From Paraspadella gotoi (taxonomy: Eukaryota; Animalia; Chaetognatha): DNA of 64,000 bases. Each line of letters begins with the position of its first letter. Position 1 is the first letter of the stretch. Position numbers and translations under genes: made by a program. The notes under the pieces were generated by a model. It had not been told where the DNA came from. It made no database searches and saw nothing but the letters and a program-made list of their open reading frames with translations. The DNA is taken from contig CM119271.1 of NCBI GenBank assembly GCA_051294375.1, forward strand, positions 14,886,770-14,950,769. Direction: 5' to 3'. Of the stretch, positions 60,301 to 64,000 are shown piece after piece.

Positions 60301-62896
60301 TATCATTTTATAAATCAAAACAATATTATTTTTGTTTCAAAGTATGATACATGATTAAAATGCTTTTATCAAAACATAGAATAAGAAATATAATTAAATA
60401 AAATAGAATAAGAAAAAAACATTTGTTAAAAAATATTAAAAAAATAATTTTTAAGATTTAAGATAATAAAAATTTACAAATATAATTGTTATTTTGATGA
60501 AGAGCAGGTGCAAGTGAAGATCTAGTGGGTGCTGCTAAAATTTATTTTAAATCTTCCTTTGTCTTACAAAAAGCTTCCTTCTTTGTAGAGCCCTCTAGTA
60601 GAATATGGTGAAAACACCAAAAAAATTTTATGGGATTGTTTTGTCTCAGAAAAAAAACCTCTGGTGGATGTAATTAAACTAAATTGTATTGCTATTTTGT
60701 TTTTTAAAATGCTCCTTTGTTTGTACCGCCATCTGGTTTATTAAGATTAAAACATAAAAATTTGTGTAAAGCAATATAAGTGAAGATTTAGTGGGTGCAG
60801 ACAGAAGAGCAAATTTCTATAGAAAGTAAAGGGAAAATTCTCACAGTAGAGAAAGTAAGAGACAAATCCTAGTAGGAGAGAAGAAAAGTTAAGTAACCGG
60901 AAAAAAAAGAAAGAAGAAAAAATTGTACAATTTCGGGGGGCTACAATGACATTCTCTTAATCTCATTTGCATATTGTTGAAAGTTGGTTAATAATTAATA
61001 TATTTATATTATGTTACTTTTAAAAGTTTTCCTTTTTTATACTCTCTATCAATTAATAATAAGTTAACCAGGTTTGTAATTAGATGACGCCATAAATATT
61101 TAGCAAATAAATATGAGGCTATATTGTATAGAACAACCTTCCGCACCCGACCCCAGGTTGTCTGGTCGGAAGTGACGTTCTGCGTGAGTTATCCCGTCCT
61201 CTCCCTCTTCGCCGTCCTAGTCAAATCGGCGTCGGCCTCCAACTCCGGCGCCGTCGTCTTTCTCTGCGGCGCCACCATCTCTTATCTCTGCCTCTGCGCC
61301 TACTACACCATCTTTAGGATTAAGATCTTCAATTATTACTACATCGCCTCCGGTCAGTTGCTGCGTTCATCCTTTTTATTTATATTATAATCTACGCCTG
61401 CATCAACATTTAGTTTTATTCATTTTTTTTATTCAGTTTTTACAATTTCATGACAATTTTTCATGTGACTTCACTCTGACAGTTGACAGTTTCAGTGATT
61501 CCTCAAGAATTTGAACAGCTCCTTAGTCTTTAACAGCACCTTTTTAGTAAGACAATTTTTTTGTTCAAAAAGCAACCAATTCCCCCAATTGAATTCGTTT
61601 TTAATCCATTCACAGATCTTTTTCCCTCCCCCAAATTCAGATCACCTGACGGACGAAAACTCTTTGCTCTTCATCGGCGCCCTGCTCTGCCGCCTGACTC
61701 CGCCGCTGTGTCTCAATTTTTTGGGCCTGATTCACCTCGATAGTCACGTGACCGGGGATCATGTCGAAGACGGCCTCGAACCCTCTTACTCCGCCATCAT
61801 GGGTCAGTTTTGAAAGCACATCTTTTTATTTGTCTCAAATAATTCCTGACTGAATTAATCTTTGGTAAAATAAATCCTAAATCTGATTCTTTGTAAATTC
61901 TCGATACATATCAATACAATACAATACAATCAAAACAATACCCCCCGCCCCCACAGGCCACCTGGACCTGATCTCCTTCATCGCGAACGGGTTCAACATC
62001 TACTTCCCCATCCTCATACTGGCGCTCTGCCTGGCGACCCACTTCCACCTCGGCGCCCGCTGCCTCCACTTTCTCGGCTTCCAACAGTTCATCGGCGACG
62101 ATGAGTTGACGCAGGATTACGTAGACGACGGACGGAATCTGCTCAACCGGGAAAAGCGTCATCGGGAGAGGGCGGGTCGGTTGGAAAAATGGGTTCAGAG
62201 ATTGAGGGATATTGGGTTATAGCGGGGGTGGCTTTGTCATTTTATTATTAGTAATATTGTTTTTGGGGAAAACTAAATTATTATTTAACCTTAAATAGTA
62301 AAATAAAACTTCTGAGAAAATCTAATCGAAAGATATGAGAAATAATCTAAACTGCTACAATAGGCAAATGAGATTGAAGAGCTCTCACTTGAAATAACAG
62401 AATTTACTTTGCTTCAAAGTTAAATAATAAATACAGTTAGTGATTTAACGTCACAACAATACCGCTGCTAAGTATTTCTAGTAATAATAATAATTTCAAA
62501 CTAAGCGAAATTAATTTTTCATGGCGGAGTCTGATATAAAATGTTAGTTTTCCACAGTTTTTAAAAGACTTAAACTGTACAGGGGCGACCTCCTCCCGCC
62601 GGTATCGACTCGGCGCTTACCGCCCGGCCGCCTCTTCGGAGCGCGACGCCCTCGACGCCGGAAGAGGCGGTGACCCTCGCGGGGGCGGCGGCGGTGGCGA
62701 TTCCTTCCCTGCCCGCAGCCGCGCCCCTGTCAAGGTCGACGACCCCGTCAACGCGGAGGATCCCGATCTAGAGAACACCTTCGGACCTTTGGACTCGCCC
62801 CTTCAACTCTCCTCTGGGTCCAGAGGAGGCTATCAGAGCGGGCTGCCCAGGGGAATCGGACGGACGCCGATGAGGCGAATCTTCGACGACGTTTGA
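57368..62896 (+). CDS. LMBRD2: LMBR1-domain multi-pass membrane protein LMBRD2, about 13 exons
   Basis: [100 protein letters not shown]-terminal RIFDDV. Confidence 0.94.
58325..58691. mobile_element. Tc1/mariner-type MITE (367 bp) in an LMBRD2 intron
   Basis: TA|CCCCGTGTCCGTTCGCGAGTGACACCAAAAAAA / TTTTTTTGGTGTCACTCGTGAACGGACACAGGG|TA. Confidence 0.9.
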
Positions 62897-63514
62897 ACTT
62901 AATTCAAATTTCAAATGTCCATTCTTCGTCTCTCTCTCTTCGTCCCTCAAATCCTACTGTCGTCTCTCCATTTCGTCCCATTCTCTTTTTTTTTCGTCCA
63001 ACTGCGTCTTTCTCTCTTCTCTTTTGTAAAAACTACAAAAAAATTTTAAAAATGACAACTAGACAATAAAATAGTCATTTTGTTTTACAATTTCTGTTCC
63101 TAGTATTGCAATGAATTCGGGTGTTAGTATTATAGTACAAAGCAATTCTTATCAAGATTCCCCTTTGTCGAAATTCGATTACAAGGCGTTAGTAAAACAT
63201 TGTCGCCCTTAATTTTACACCAATTATTATAATACATATATATCTAGCGATGTACGTTAATAACTTATTTTAGTTCCTATATTTACCATAATTGTCATTA
63301 TTTTTTTAATGCATTTGTCGTTAACATTTGATTTAATCTCAAGTGTCAATTTCTCAATCTTTAATACTAGTCACGAGCTCTTTTTTAGAGCTTTTTTATT
63401 TGCCGAAATTATTATATTTATCAAAGGACAGTAATCAGAGGCTTCATAGGTTTTCCAGACTGCATTTTATCCAAAGACTTGCTTAAAAGTATTTAACCTA
63501 AATCAAGATCATTG

Positions 63515-64000
63515 ATGGAGACGATAAATGTTACGCGCGACGATCTTGGTCCAGCGAGGGCAGAAGATGTCGCTGGAGACAGTGAACTCTACGCTATGGA
63601 AGAACCTGCTCCGTCATGGGATAGATTTGAACAGCCTGCTTCAGCTAGAGATGTTGTAGAAGAATCCCTTCCAGCAAGGGATAGTTTAGAACAACCTACT
63701 TCAGTTAGAAATAGTGTTGAAGGATACGCTCCAGCTAGAGATGTTTTAAAAGAACCCGGTAAATTGGAGGACGACCAAGCTGAGAAAAAGCCGGAACCAA
63801 CGTCGACGGCCACGCCCATTCCGCTCCCGCCACCGCTCGACTTCCGATCTCCGGCCTATACTAACTTCAAATCGAGCATCGCCGCAAGCCTAAAGCGACT
63901 CAAGGTCTCTCTGGAGAGGGAGATGGCGTTGGAGGCGCGAGTGAAGGGTTTCGACGCGGAGAGACGCCGGGCCGAAGCCGACAGGGCGACGTTAAAGCGC
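63515..64000 (+). CDS. 5' part of an unidentified protein with 10-aa repeats and a coiled-coil (runs off the window)
   Basis: ATG at 63515 open to the window end; EEPAPSWDRF/EQPASARDVV/EESLPARDSL/EQPTSVRNSV/EGYAPARDVL then LKRLKVSLEREMALEARVK. Confidence 0.65.
   Translation, partial: METINVTRDDLGPARAEDVAGDSELYAMEEPAPSWDRFEQPASARDVVEESLPARDSLEQPTSVRNSVEGYAPARDVLKEPGKLEDDQAEKKPEPTSTATPIPLPPPLDFRSPAYTNFKSSIAASLKRLKVSLEREMALEARVKGFDAERRRAEADRATLKR

Noticed and set aside
60512-60800. 21-bp direct repeat AAGTGAAGATYTAGTGGGTGC in an LMBRD2 intron
   Set aside because: Probably a decayed transposon interior; no termini or TSD could be defined.

Overview
Gene-dense animal (invertebrate-type) genomic DNA with GC/CpG-rich exons, short AT-rich introns, many (GA)n microsatellites and one 100-N gap (10746-10845). 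Genes were spliced by hand. Minus strand: PDPK1, MITF/TFE-family bHLH-Zip, ABCE1 (5' part lost at the gap) and a possible orphan first exon. After a strand switch at about 12-14.7 kb come 14 consecutive plus-strand CDSs: a homeobox gene with an SRF/MADS-like N-terminus and Leu50, UBE2O, RNF5/RNF185, a domesticated CENP-B/pogo HTH gene, three tandem bacterial-type hotdog thioesterases, an orphan membrane ORF, a two-RRM protein, ACOT9, INTS5, TBPL1, LMBRD2 and a truncated repeat/coiled-coil ORF. Introns and spacers carry several MITEs, dispersed repeats and LTR-like islands. Best leads: (1) operon-like co-directional organisation; (2) a two-copy family of about 230-255 bp structured elements with TA...CA ends and 4-bp flanking duplications; (3) a putative MADS-core/homeodomain fusion; (4) unusual splice signals (A-rich AAG acceptors, GC donors, one possible GG donor); (5) a Penelope-type hammerhead relic. 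All identifications come from recalled motifs; no database search was run.
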